Assembly (NCBI RefSeq): GCF_021054785.1
Contig: NZ_CP088239.1
Span: forward strand, 480,001-512,000
From: Tannockella kyphosi
GTDB taxonomy: Bacteria > Bacillota_I > Bacilli_A > Erysipelotrichales > Coprobacillaceae
DNA: 32,000 nucleotides
Reading direction: 5' to 3'
The notes under the pieces are model-generated. The model saw only the letters and a program-made list of their open reading frames with translations, searched no databases and was not told the origin of the DNA. This document shows positions 17,713-26,718 of the stretch, piece after piece; position 1 is the first letter of the stretch, and the number at the start of each line of letters is the position of its first letter. Made by a program: the position numbers and the translations under genes.

Positions 17713-19452
17713 ATGAAAAAGAACAGTTATTGGTATCAAAATATAAAGAAAGAAAACTTTTCTAGCATCTCAGATGATTTATATATTGATATTCTTATTA
17801 TTGGTGGTGGGATAACCGGTATATTATTAGCTTATTATTTAAAGGATAGTCCTTTTCGAATAGTAGTAATAGAAAAAAATGAATTTGGTAGTGATATGAC
17901 AGGAAGTAGCACAGGAAAACTATCGGTGTTACAAGGATTGATTTATCAAGAGATTTCTAGTAAGTATCAAGAACAAGATGCTTTGCTTTATTATCAAAGT
18001 CATCTAGATGCTCTTTTACAAGCAAAAACTATTATTGAAAAAGAACATATTGAATGTGATTTTCAACAATTAGATCATTTTATTTATACAAACGAAAAGC
18101 AAAATATAGCTAAAATAGAAAAAGAAAAAGCATTCTTTATAAAAAATAATATACCAATCCTAACGAATCTACCTAAAGATTTAAAAGCATTGTGTGGTTT
18201 TGGCCTATCCAATCAAGCATGTTTTCATCCCCTAAAATACATTTATGCTTTAATTAATATTTGTCAAAAACATGGAATAGAGTTTTATGAAAAAACTTGT
18301 GCATATTCAATCAAACAAGAAAATCTTATGCAAGAAATAGTAGTAAATAATCATAAAGTTAGTGCCACGCATACCATTGTTGCCTCTAGATATCCATTAA
18401 ACATAGGCTTTCATACTCTAACCCCAATGTTAAATCAATCAATTACTTACTTAAGTACCAGTAAATCAAAACAAATTAATTATCAATCAAATTGTATAGA
18501 TGATAATGCACTAACGAAACGTCCTATTCATAATGGTTTATTAGTAGGTGGTTTTGGACATGATGTGGGTGATAAAGAAAAAATGAATCAAGATATTCAA
18601 AAGCAATTACAGATGTTTCATAAAGAAGATATCGATGTTTTTTGGTCAGGACAAGATTGTATGAGCGGTCGAATTCTTCCTTATATTGGTTACTATTTTC
18701 ACCAAGAAAGCTACTGTTATGTGGCTACAGGATTTAACAAATGGGGGATGACCTCCAGCCATCTGGCTGCTAAACTAATTAGTGATCTTATCTTACATAA
18801 GAAAAACAGATATCTTTCATTATATAATCCCTTACATCATCGTCATAGTTTAACCAAACAATCTTTAAAAAGATTAATTCGTCATAGTTATTTAGGATAT
18901 ATAAACTATCGTTTTGTAACAACAAAACAAGACCATCAATTAATTGATGGAAAAGTAGGTTGGTATAATGGAAAATATTTTGGTCTTGCATTTGATGAAC
19001 AAAAATGTTTATATAAGATAAACCCTATTTGTTCGCACTTAAAAGGAATGTTAACTTTTAATTGCATTGATCGCACATGGGATTGTATTTGCCATGGCTC
19101 TAGATTTCATATTGATGGTTCCGTTTACAAGGGGCCTAGTCAGGAAAACTTAGAAGTTTATTCAAAGGAAGGGGAAGACATGAAAATAACATATATTACA
19201 TTAGATCAAATTGACTTTCAAGAAGTAGACTATCGAACTAGTTTATATGAATCAGTAAAAAGAAAAGGTATTACAATACCTATAAAAGCAAGTATTATTC
19301 ATAATCGATATTATTGTAAAGATGGAAATAAACGCTTATCTATCATCAAACGACTTAAAAAAGAAGGAATTGATAAAAAGATAGCAGTAATTGCAACCAA
19401 TGATGGTAGTACACGTTCAAGTGAATGTTGGAATCCAAGAAATACACACTAA
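17713..19452 (+). CDS. FAD-dependent oxidoreductase with Rieske [2Fe-2S] domain (YhfW-like) plus C-terminal ParB/Srx-like extension
   Basis: Dinucleotide fold IDILIIGGGITGILLAYYL..VVIEKN. Rieske ligands CSH(L) ... CICHGSRF. The last ~90 aa (KITYITLDQIDF...GITIPIKA...YYCKDGNKRLSIIKRL...IAVIATN) resemble a ParB N-terminal/sulfiredoxin-like domain. Confidence 0.8.
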   Translation: MKKNSYWYQNIKKENFSSISDDLYIDILIIGGGITGILLAYYLKDSPFRIVVIEKNEFGSDMTGSSTGKLSVLQGLIYQEISSKYQEQDALLYYQSHLDALLQAKTIIEKEHIECDFQQLDHFIYTNEKQNIAKIEKEKAFFIKNNIPILTNLPKDLKALCGFGLSNQACFHPLKYIYALINICQKHGIEFYEKTCAYSIKQENLMQEIVVNNHKVSATHTIVASRYPLNIGFHTLTPMLNQSITYLSTSKSKQINYQSNCIDDNALTKRPIHNGLLVGGFGHDVGDKEKMNQDIQKQLQMFHKEDIDVFWSGQDCMSGRILPYIGYYFHQESYCYVATGFNKWGMTSSHLAAKLISDLILHKKNRYLSLYNPLHHRHSLTKQSLKRLIRHSYLGYINYRFVTTKQDHQLIDGKVGWYNGKYFGLAFDEQKCLYKINPICSHLKGMLTFNCIDRTWDCICHGSRFHIDGSVYKGPSQENLEVYSKEGEDMKITYITLDQIDFQEVDYRTSLYESVKRKGITIPIKASIIHNRYYCKDGNKRLSIIKRLKKEGIDKKIAVIATNDGSTRSSECWNPRNTH

Positions 19453-19479
19453 CTGTAGCAATGCTACAGTTATTTTTTT
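19452..19479 (+). terminator. rho-independent terminator
   Basis: actgtagca-a-tgctacagt followed by tattttttt, overlapping the stop codon. Confidence 0.75.
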
Positions 19480-19536
19480 AAAATAAATGTGACCAAAATA
19501 AAAATAGAAACGTGTTATAAGTGAGGAGGTTTCGTT

Positions 19537-20028
19537 ATGCAACAAAATAGAGATTCTAACATTTCTGTACTTTATGATAAATATGCAGATATGTTATATA
19601 GAATTTCTCGTTCTATATTACTTTCAAATGAAGATGCACAAGATACAATCCAAGAAGTTTTTACTATCTATATTACTAAATTACCAACTCATAAAGATGA
19701 AGAACATGAAAAAGCCTGGTTTATTAAGGTAACAATCAATAAGTGTAGAGACTTGCAAAGAAAAAGAAAACTGCGTAGTTATGTTAGTTTAGATAGTGTT
19801 CTTGAACCAGTATGGGAAGAAGTAAAAACGGATTCAATTTATGATGATGTTATTACCCTTCCAGAAAAATATAAAATAGTAATACTTTTACATTACTATG
19901 AATCAATGAGTGTTTTAGAAATAGCGAAAACATTGCATGTATCGCCATCATCAATAAAAATGCGATTACTTCGGGGTCGTAACTTATTAAAAGAAAAACT
20001 AAAAGCAAAGGAGAAGGAAAATGATTGA
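19537..20028 (+). CDS. ECF-type RNA polymerase sigma factor (sigma-70 family)
   Basis: 163 aa. Region 2 (LYRISRSILLSNEDAQDTIQEVF, AWFIKVTINKCRDLQRK) and region 4 HTH (SVLEIAKTLHVSPSSIKMRLLRGRNLLK). GAGGAGG RBS. Confidence 0.85.
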   Translation: MQQNRDSNISVLYDKYADMLYRISRSILLSNEDAQDTIQEVFTIYITKLPTHKDEEHEKAWFIKVTINKCRDLQRKRKLRSYVSLDSVLEPVWEEVKTDSIYDDVITLPEKYKIVILLHYYESMSVLEIAKTLHVSPSSIKMRLLRGRNLLKEKLKAKEKEND

Positions 20029-20512
20029 TAAAAAATCAAAAGAAGCATATGATGCTATTCATTTAGACGAATCATTTAAATATAAAATCGAATCTTTAGA
20101 AGCAAAACAATCAAATTCTTACTTATATTCCAAAAGATTAGCTTTTGTCTTTGTTCTTTTATTATGTTGCACTACCATCCTAGTTCATCAAACAAACAAT
20201 ACAGCCCCTATTCTTACTCAAGTATTGGATAGCAGTGGGGAGATAAGAACGATTTCTAATGAAATACAAGTTGAATTTTATTTAGAAATAACAGATGTTG
20301 TTAGTCTTAGTGTTAGTGATGGATATATTATGGATGAAGTTGGGAATGAAGTAGTTGATTTGAAAGAAAGTAATATCTTAAAATGGACAATTGATGGATA
20401 TGAATATACGGAATCTTTCTACTTATTTGTTCAATATGATAATCAAACAGATAAGTATATGTTAAGTCAAAATGAGAATTTTGAATGGATTATAGAAAGA
20501 GGAAATGAATGA
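20021..20512 (+). CDS. putative anti-sigma factor: single-pass membrane protein
   Basis: Start overlaps the sigma gene stop (8-nt overlap, AAGGAGAAGGA RBS). Short cytoplasmic N-terminus, one TM (LAFVFVLLLCCTTILV) and an extracytoplasmic domain of about 100 aa. No zf-HC2 motif is visible, so the call rests on position. Confidence 0.5.
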   Translation: MIDKKSKEAYDAIHLDESFKYKIESLEAKQSNSYLYSKRLAFVFVLLLCCTTILVHQTNNTAPILTQVLDSSGEIRTISNEIQVEFYLEITDVVSLSVSDGYIMDEVGNEVVDLKESNILKWTIDGYEYTESFYLFVQYDNQTDKYMLSQNENFEWIIERGNE

Positions 20513-21018
20513 AAAAATTAGTAAAAGGTTTAATGGCATTTGTATTAATGGTTACTTTAGTTGGTTGTGGAAATCAAGGAGTAGCAGGACCTAGTGGTTC
20601 CTTAGAAGAAATAGTAGAGTCTATGTATGAACAAAAACCGGTAGAATTTGCAGTTGGAACAGTTCCTATGGACATTATGAATGATAATGCAATGTTATTA
20701 TCTTATACAGGTTTAGCTAGTAATGAACTTATTGAAGAGGTATTAGTTTCAGAGTCGATGATGGGTTCTCAAGCTTATTCTATCGTATTAGTAAGAGTAA
20801 AAGATGCTAGTGATACAGCCAGTGTAGCCGAAGAAATGAAAGCAGGAATTGATCCAAGAAAGTGGATTTGTGTTGAAGCAGATGATATGCAAGTCGTAGC
20901 AGCAAATGATGTTGTTTTATTAGCGATGATGTCTAGTGAGTTTAGTGAGATGATTACTTCTCAAGATTTTGTAGATATGTTTCGTGAATTAAGCGGTGGA
21001 TTAGACATCGAATTATAA
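20509..21018 (+). CDS. lipoprotein, DUF4358-like
   Basis: Signal peptide with lipobox LVGC (MKKLVKGLMAFVLMVTLVGCGN). ATGA overlap with the upstream gene. The family assignment is from memory of the overall pattern (SQAYSIVLVRVKD...). Confidence 0.6.
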   Translation: MKKLVKGLMAFVLMVTLVGCGNQGVAGPSGSLEEIVESMYEQKPVEFAVGTVPMDIMNDNAMLLSYTGLASNELIEEVLVSESMMGSQAYSIVLVRVKDASDTASVAEEMKAGIDPRKWICVEADDMQVVAANDVVLLAMMSSEFSEMITSQDFVDMFRELSGGLDIEL

Positions 21019-21025
21019 TAGAGAT

Positions 21026-21051
21026 AATAGCAGCCTTTTGGCTGCTATTTT
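21026..21051 (+). terminator. hairpin / probable leaky terminator between the lipoprotein gene and the MBOAT gene
   Basis: aatagcagcc-tttt-ggctgctatt followed by only tt(a). The GAGGTG RBS of the next gene begins 3-4 nt later. Confidence 0.5.
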
Positions 21052-21062
21052 AGAGGTGAAAA

Positions 21063-22454
21063 ATGTTATTTTCTAGTATCACTTTTTTATATTATTTTAT
21101 GCCAATTATGTTTGGTATTTATTATTTATTGCCTCATAAGTATAAGAATTGTTTTTTATTGGTTGCTAGTTTGTTTTTTTATGGATGGCAGGAACCTAAA
21201 TATCTTTTTATTATGTTGTTTTCTATTGTTAATTCTTACTATTTTGGATTACTTATTGAAAAGAATAAGAATATCTTTTATAGAAAGGTTGTTTTAGTGA
21301 TTTCTTGTATTTCTAGTTTAGGATTATTAATATATTTTAAATATATTCATTTCATTGTAGAACAACTTATTTTATTTTTTAAATTAGAAATACCTTTATT
21401 ACAAGTAGCACTCCCTGTAGGAATTAGCTTTTTTACGTTTCAAACAATAAGTTATACAATCGATGTTTATCGTCAAGATGTCAAAGCATCGAAAAGTCTT
21501 ATTAATTATGCAACCTATGTAAGTATGTTTCCTCAATTAATTGCTGGACCAATTGTTCGATATGAAAATATAGAAGTGTTATTAAAAAATAGAAATATTT
21601 TTATTTCTCAAATATATGATGGAGTTTGTCGTTTTTTAATCGGTTTAGCTAAAAAAGTTATAATCGCTAATAACTTAGCTTTATTATGTCAAAACGTCAT
21701 TGTTTTAGATCATAGTAGTGTTTTAATGTATTGGTTATATGCAATCGGTTTTAGTTTACAAATATATTTTGATTTTTCAGGTTATAGTGATATGGCAATA
21801 GGGTTAGGTAAGATGTTGGGCTTTGAGTTTTTAGAAAACTTCAAATATCCTTTTGTTTCAAGTAGTATTACTGAATTTTGGAGAAGATGGCATATTTCTT
21901 TAGGGAATTGGTTTCGTGATTATGTATATATTCCTTTAGGTGGAAATCGTCATGGAATCAAAAAAACATTATTTCATATTGTATTAGTATGGGCTTTAAC
22001 AGGATTGTGGCATGGAGCAGCCTATCAGTTTATTTTATGGGGAATAATGTTTGCAGTTTTATTGATTTTTGAAAAGTTATTTTTATTGGAATATTTAGAA
22101 AAAATACCGAGATGGATGGGAAGAATATATACTTTGTTCTTTGTTTCCATTAGTTTTGTTATCTTTAATGCTAGTGATATTGGACAAGCATTTCTATATA
22201 TAAAGGGGATGTTTTCATTTGGAATGATACCATTTGTTAACGAAGTTTCTCTTTATTATTTATCTAGTTATTTTTATATTATTATTATTGCAATGGTGGG
22301 AGCAACCCCTTTGGTAAGTAGTATCACTGTTTCTATAACAAAGAGATTTAAGTTATATTGGTTAGAACCATTGGTATTATTCATGTTATTAATAGGATGT
22401 ACTGCTTATTTAGTAGATAGTTCTTTTAATCCATTTTTATATTTTAGATTTTAA
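21063..22454 (+). CDS. MBOAT-family membrane-bound O-acyltransferase (AlgI/DltB/PatA-like)
   Basis: 463 aa, polytopic. FWRRWHISLGNWFRDYVYIPLGGNR carries the conserved MBOAT His. N-terminus MLFSSITFLYYF is typical of AlgI/DltB. Confidence 0.9.
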   Translation: MLFSSITFLYYFMPIMFGIYYLLPHKYKNCFLLVASLFFYGWQEPKYLFIMLFSIVNSYYFGLLIEKNKNIFYRKVVLVISCISSLGLLIYFKYIHFIVEQLILFFKLEIPLLQVALPVGISFFTFQTISYTIDVYRQDVKASKSLINYATYVSMFPQLIAGPIVRYENIEVLLKNRNIFISQIYDGVCRFLIGLAKKVIIANNLALLCQNVIVLDHSSVLMYWLYAIGFSLQIYFDFSGYSDMAIGLGKMLGFEFLENFKYPFVSSSITEFWRRWHISLGNWFRDYVYIPLGGNRHGIKKTLFHIVLVWALTGLWHGAAYQFILWGIMFAVLLIFEKLFLLEYLEKIPRWMGRIYTLFFVSISFVIFNASDIGQAFLYIKGMFSFGMIPFVNEVSLYYLSSYFYIIIIAMVGATPLVSSITVSITKRFKLYWLEPLVLFMLLIGCTAYLVDSSFNPFLYFRF

Positions 22455-22463
22455 GGAGTCATT

Positions 22464-23552
22464 ATGAAAAAAAACATAAAAAAAAGAAATCTAACCATCA
22501 CTTTACTTGTTTGGTCACTATTAAGTATATGTAATGTTCTCTATCCAACAATCAATATATCACTGCAAGAACGTAGGTTACTAAAAACCTTTCCAAATTT
22601 ATCATTATCTACTATTTTATCAGGTAACTTTATGGATAGCTTTGAAAACTATGCAACTGATCAGTTTATTTATAGAGACACTTTTAGAATGATAAAAGCA
22701 AATATTAATTTTAATATATTACAAGTAAATGATAATAATGGTTATATTTATGATCAAGGATATCTTCATAAAATGAATTATCCAACAAATAATGCTTCTA
22801 TTTATTATGCTACTAACTTATTTACTACTATTTATAATTCATATTTAGAAGATAGTGATGTTCAAATATATAGTAGTGTTATTTATGATAAAGGTTATTA
22901 TATGAGTGATGATTATTTAAAAATGGAATATCAGCAGTGTAGTGATCAAATAAAAGAATGGATGAGTTATAGTGAATATATTGAGATTAATACTTTTTTA
23001 GAGTTATCAGATTACTATTATACAGATAGTCATTGGAAACAAGAAAATATAGTAGATCTAGCAAATTATTTATTATCTTCGATGGATAGTTTAGAATATC
23101 ATCACTATAACCAAACTTCATTAGGGGAGTTTAATGGAGTCTATTATGGCCAAATAGGATTACAGCAAGGAGAAGATGAATTAATTTACTTATCTAATGA
23201 TATCTTAGATGAATGTGTAGTTCAAAATATAGAATCAAGTAGTTCTACTACCATATATGATAAAGAAAAATTACAAGGTCTTGATGCATATGATTTCTAT
23301 TTATCAGGGGCTAGCCCTTTGATAGAAATAGATAATCCAAATGCAACGAGTCAAAAAGAATTAGTTATCTTTCGAGATTCTTTTACAAGTAGCTTAGCTC
23401 CATTATTAATCCAATCTTATCAAAAAATAACCTTAATAGACTTACGTTATATGAATAGTAATACACTTGATCATTATATTACTTTTGATAATCAAGATGT
23501 ACTATTTATTTATAGCACCTTAGTCTTAAATGATAGTGCAACATTAAAATAG
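22464..23552 (+). CDS. DHHW-family / AlgX-AlgJ-like SGNH-fold protein (probable extracytoplasmic O-acyltransferase partner)
   Basis: N-terminal TM anchor. YYTDSHWKQEN (a D-x-H-W block) and IFRDSFTSSLAP (a GDS-like Ser block). Immediately downstream of the MBOAT gene, with an AAGGAG RBS. Confidence 0.7.
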   Translation: MKKNIKKRNLTITLLVWSLLSICNVLYPTINISLQERRLLKTFPNLSLSTILSGNFMDSFENYATDQFIYRDTFRMIKANINFNILQVNDNNGYIYDQGYLHKMNYPTNNASIYYATNLFTTIYNSYLEDSDVQIYSSVIYDKGYYMSDDYLKMEYQQCSDQIKEWMSYSEYIEINTFLELSDYYYTDSHWKQENIVDLANYLLSSMDSLEYHHYNQTSLGEFNGVYYGQIGLQQGEDELIYLSNDILDECVVQNIESSSSTTIYDKEKLQGLDAYDFYLSGASPLIEIDNPNATSQKELVIFRDSFTSSLAPLLIQSYQKITLIDLRYMNSNTLDHYITFDNQDVLFIYSTLVLNDSATLK

Positions 23553-23574
23553 AGGCATATTTAATTATGCCTCT
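23551..23574. terminator. bidirectional terminator between convergent genes
   Basis: agaggcat-atttaatt-atgcctct, with A/T-rich flanks. Confidence 0.65.
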
Positions 23575-23579
23575 ATTTC

Positions 23580-24032
23580 TTATAATTTTTGTTTTGCAAT
23601 AGTTTGTAATTCACTAGATAACTCAATAAGTTCCATTACTTGTAATGACGATTCTTCTGGTAATGCTGCTAAAATTGTTTCAATCTGTTGTTTTCTTTTT
23701 TCTCTATTTTCAATAAATTGTTGATAAAGTTCCATTAAATGTTCTTGATCATCATAGAGAGGTAATAGTAATTGTTTAATTTCTTGAATAGATAATCCGT
23801 TTTTTAAATAATATACTAATAACATTTGGACTATTTGATGTTTCGTATAAGTCTTACCTTTTACTCGATCAATTAAATCTTCTTTACTATAGTTGTTAAT
23901 CATTGTTTTTGTTAGAATTTTATCATCTGGAGATTGTTTGTGATTTTGAAGCTTATCATCTAACAAATGAATGATTTGATCCATATATAATGGAATATCT
24001 GGTATTTCTTCTAAAGTTAGTATGTCTTTCAT
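23580..24032 (-). CDS. DUF1836 domain-containing protein
   Basis: 150 aa. The pattern DIPLYMDQIIHLLD...LTKTMINNYSK...YTKHQIVQMLLVYYLKNGLSIQEIKQLL matches my recollection of the DUF1836 family. Confidence 0.65.
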   Translation of the reverse strand: MKDILTLEEIPDIPLYMDQIIHLLDDKLQNHKQSPDDKILTKTMINNYSKEDLIDRVKGKTYTKHQIVQMLLVYYLKNGLSIQEIKQLLLPLYDDQEHLMELYQQFIENREKRKQQIETILAALPEESSLQVMELIELSSELQTIAKQKL

Positions 24033-24085
24033 TTATATCACCTCAACTTCATTGTATCACTAATCTTGAATATTACAAGTTATAG

Positions 24086-24113
24086 TTGACAATAACAGTT
24101 AATATAATATAAT
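24086..24113 (+). promoter_or_regulatory. sigma-A type promoter of the hemolysin-III gene
   Basis: TTGACA (24086-24091), 16 nt, TATAAT (24108-24113). AAGGAGG RBS before the ATG at 24157. Confidence 0.6.
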
Positions 24114-24156
24114 AAATACATAAAGTAGTATTAGATACTACATAAGGAGGTTAACT

Positions 24157-24807
24157 ATGAAATCATGTAATGCAATGGATCCGATAAGTTTTTTAACGCA
24201 CTTTTGTGCTGGGATTGGATCAATAGTAGTCACTATTATTTTTGCTTTGAAGGCATTTTTAGGAGCAACTAGTATTGAGATAGGAATTGGTGCTTTGGTT
24301 TTTGGTTGTAGTGCCACTTGTTTATATTTTACAAGTAGTCTTTATCATTACTATCAAGGAGAAGCTACAAATACAATCAAATTATTTTTAAGAAAATTAG
24401 ATCATGGGATGATTTATATCTTTATTGCAGGTTCCTATACACCTTTTATTATTGCTTATTTAAATGATGATAAAAGATTAGTGTTTGGTCTATTTATTTG
24501 GGGGATTGCATTATTAGGTGTTTTATTAAAGGTTTTTTGGTTGGATATGCCAAGGGTTGTTTATACTTCTTTTTATTTATTGATGGGATGGCTTATTGTT
24601 TTTGATCTTCCTAGTTTTATGTTAATGGATAAGGGATGTTTTATGTTAATGGCTTTAGGTGGTATTAGTTATACGGTAGGAGCTTTGATTTATATATTAA
24701 AAAAACCAAATTTAGGGAATATGTTTGGTTTTCATGAGATATTTCATGTTTTTATTATGATTGGTACATTCTTTCAATTTTTAGCTGTTTACTTTTTTGT
24801 GTTATAG
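24157..24807 (+). CDS. hemolysin III family (PAQR) membrane protein
   Basis: 7-TM protein with SSLYHYY, KLDHGMIYIFIAGSYTPF and FHEIFHVFIMIG motifs. Confidence 0.9.
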   Translation: MKSCNAMDPISFLTHFCAGIGSIVVTIIFALKAFLGATSIEIGIGALVFGCSATCLYFTSSLYHYYQGEATNTIKLFLRKLDHGMIYIFIAGSYTPFIIAYLNDDKRLVFGLFIWGIALLGVLLKVFWLDMPRVVYTSFYLLMGWLIVFDLPSFMLMDKGCFMLMALGGISYTVGALIYILKKPNLGNMFGFHEIFHVFIMIGTFFQFLAVYFFVL

Positions 24808-24864
24808 AAATAGTTTGGAAAATAGGATGATTTGTTGTATAATTCACAATAGGTAGGTGAATGT

Positions 24865-25353
24865 ATGAAAAAATTTGTAATTGATAAAAAAAGTATTGTT
24901 TTCTATCTTATTTCAATAATAGGTATCTTGGTGGTAGATCAACTAACAAAAGTGATCGTAGAAGCTTCTATGCAACTAGCAAGTTCTCATACTATTATTG
25001 ATAAATTCTTCTACTTTACATATGCACAAAATAAAGGTGCAGCTTGGAGTATGTTAGAAGGTCATGTTTCATTATTTATTTTAATTGGCTTTGTAGCAGG
25101 AATAGGGATGATATTTTATTTTTTAAAAACAAAAGAAAATGAGATATTAACACGTTTTGGACTAGTTTTAGCTTTTGCTGGGATGATTGGGAATGTGATA
25201 GATAGAGTTCGTTTAGGTTATGTTGTGGATTTTATTGATTTTATTATTTTGGGATATGATTTTCCTATTTTTAATGTTGCAGATATGGCATTGGTAATAG
25301 GGTTAGGATTAGTTATATTAGAAGTGTTATTGGAAGGAAGAAATAATGGATAA
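24865..25353 (+). CDS. lspA: lipoprotein signal peptidase II
   Basis: VDQLTK, NKGAAWSML, GNVIDR and FPIFNVADM motifs, within a 4-TM protein. Confidence 0.92.
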   Translation: MKKFVIDKKSIVFYLISIIGILVVDQLTKVIVEASMQLASSHTIIDKFFYFTYAQNKGAAWSMLEGHVSLFILIGFVAGIGMIFYFLKTKENEILTRFGLVLAFAGMIGNVIDRVRLGYVVDFIDFIILGYDFPIFNVADMALVIGLGLVILEVLLEGRNNG

Positions 25354-26251
25354 AATTATTATTGAAATTGAAGAAGAATTAGGACGTATGGACAAAGTGA
25401 TTGCTGAATATTTAGAAGATATGTCTCGTACGCAAATCCAAGATTGGATTGGAAATGGCCATGTTATTGTAAATGGTAAAGTAGAAAAAGCAAGTTATAA
25501 GGTAAAGGTTAGTGATGTTATTGAAATTGATATTCCAGAACCGGAACCAATGGATGTAGAAGCACAAGATATTCCGTTAGATGTTGTATATGAAGATAGC
25601 GATGTTATTGTTGTTAATAAACCAACAGGGATGATTGTTCATCCTTCAGCGGGTGTTATCAAAGATACGTTAGTGAATGCTTTATTATATCATTGTGATG
25701 ATTTATCAGGTATTAATGGAGTAATGAGACCTGGTATTGTACACCGTATTGATAAAGAAACTAGTGGATTAATTGTAGTGGCTAAAAATGATAACGCTCA
25801 TCGTGTTTTATCAGAACAATTAAAAGATCATACGATGACTAGAAGATACATGGCTTTAGTACATGGATCAATTCCTCATGAGCATGGTAAAATTGATGCT
25901 CCAATAGGAAGAGATAATAAAGATCGTCAAAAAATGGCTGTTACAAAAGCAAATAGTAAAGAAGCAGTAACTAATTTCCGTGTTATTGCAAGATATAAAG
26001 ATATGTCTTTAGTAGAATGTCGTTTAGAAACAGGTAGAACACATCAAATTCGTGTTCATTTAAATTATATTGGATATCCAGTATTTGGAGATCCTAAATA
26101 TGGTCATCGTCGTGATGATGTTTCTAATGGACAATTCTTACATGCTAAGATATTAGGGTTTATTCACCCTACAACAAATGAATATATGGAGTTTGATAGT
26201 GAATTACCAGATTTTTTTGAAAGTAAATTGGAGGAACTGGAGGGGTTATAA
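25346..26251 (+). CDS. rluD: RluA-family 23S rRNA pseudouridine synthase (RluD-like)
   Basis: S4 domain, VVNKPTGMIVHP, catalytic HRIDKETSGLIVVAKN, GRTHQIRVHL. Overlaps the lspA 3' end by 8 nt, the classic lspA-rluD pairing. Confidence 0.9.
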   Translation: MDKIIIEIEEELGRMDKVIAEYLEDMSRTQIQDWIGNGHVIVNGKVEKASYKVKVSDVIEIDIPEPEPMDVEAQDIPLDVVYEDSDVIVVNKPTGMIVHPSAGVIKDTLVNALLYHCDDLSGINGVMRPGIVHRIDKETSGLIVVAKNDNAHRVLSEQLKDHTMTRRYMALVHGSIPHEHGKIDAPIGRDNKDRQKMAVTKANSKEAVTNFRVIARYKDMSLVECRLETGRTHQIRVHLNYIGYPVFGDPKYGHRRDDVSNGQFLHAKILGFIHPTTNEYMEFDSELPDFFESKLEELEGL

Positions 26252-26718
26252 TGAGTACTGTCATTAGTTGGGATGAATATTTTATGTCGGTAGCAAAATT
26301 ATCGGCTTATCGTTCGAAAGATCCTAATACGCAAGTAGGTTGTTGTATTGTAAATGCATCAAATAAAATAGTAGGGGTTGGTTATAATGGACTTCCATGG
26401 GGTTGTGAGGATGATGAGTATCCTTGGCAAGAACGTGATGGTCAATTGCAAGAAACAAAATATCCTTATGTTGTTCATGCTGAATTAAACGCTATTTTAA
26501 ACAGTACTACCTCTTTAAGTGGTTGTAGACTATATGTTTCCTTGTTCCCTTGTCATGAATGTGTCAAAGCTATTATTCAATCAGGTATTGTAGAAATAGT
26601 ATTTGAAGATGATAAGTATAATGGAACAGATAGTGATATTGCGGCTAAAAGAATGCTTGCAAGCTCTAAAGTTACCTATCGAAAAATAAAAACACCAGGT
26701 ATAAAACTAGAAATGTAA
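26251..26718 (+). CDS. comEB: dCMP deaminase (ComEB family)
   Basis: Zinc motifs VHAELNA and PCHECVKAI. WDEYFM at the N-terminus. TAATG overlap with rluD. Confidence 0.9.
   Translation: MSTVISWDEYFMSVAKLSAYRSKDPNTQVGCCIVNASNKIVGVGYNGLPWGCEDDEYPWQERDGQLQETKYPYVVHAELNAILNSTTSLSGCRLYVSLFPCHECVKAIIQSGIVEIVFEDDKYNGTDSDIAAKRMLASSKVTYRKIKTPGIKLEM

Noticed and set aside
19180-19452. Calling the ParB-like segment a separate, independently annotated CDS.
   Set aside because: It is in frame with the Rieske oxidoreductase with no intervening stop. The residues around the ATG (LEVYSKEGEDMKITYI) could also be the last beta-strands of the Rieske domain. I kept it as a finding rather than a separate feature.
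19488-19521. Candidate autoregulated ECF promoter (tGTGAC, 17 nt, CGTgtt) or extended -10 TGtTATAAg upstream of the sigma gene.
   Set aside because: Either -10 would place the transcription start inside or immediately at the GAGGAGG RBS (19522-19528), leaving essentially no leader. I cannot support it from sequence alone.
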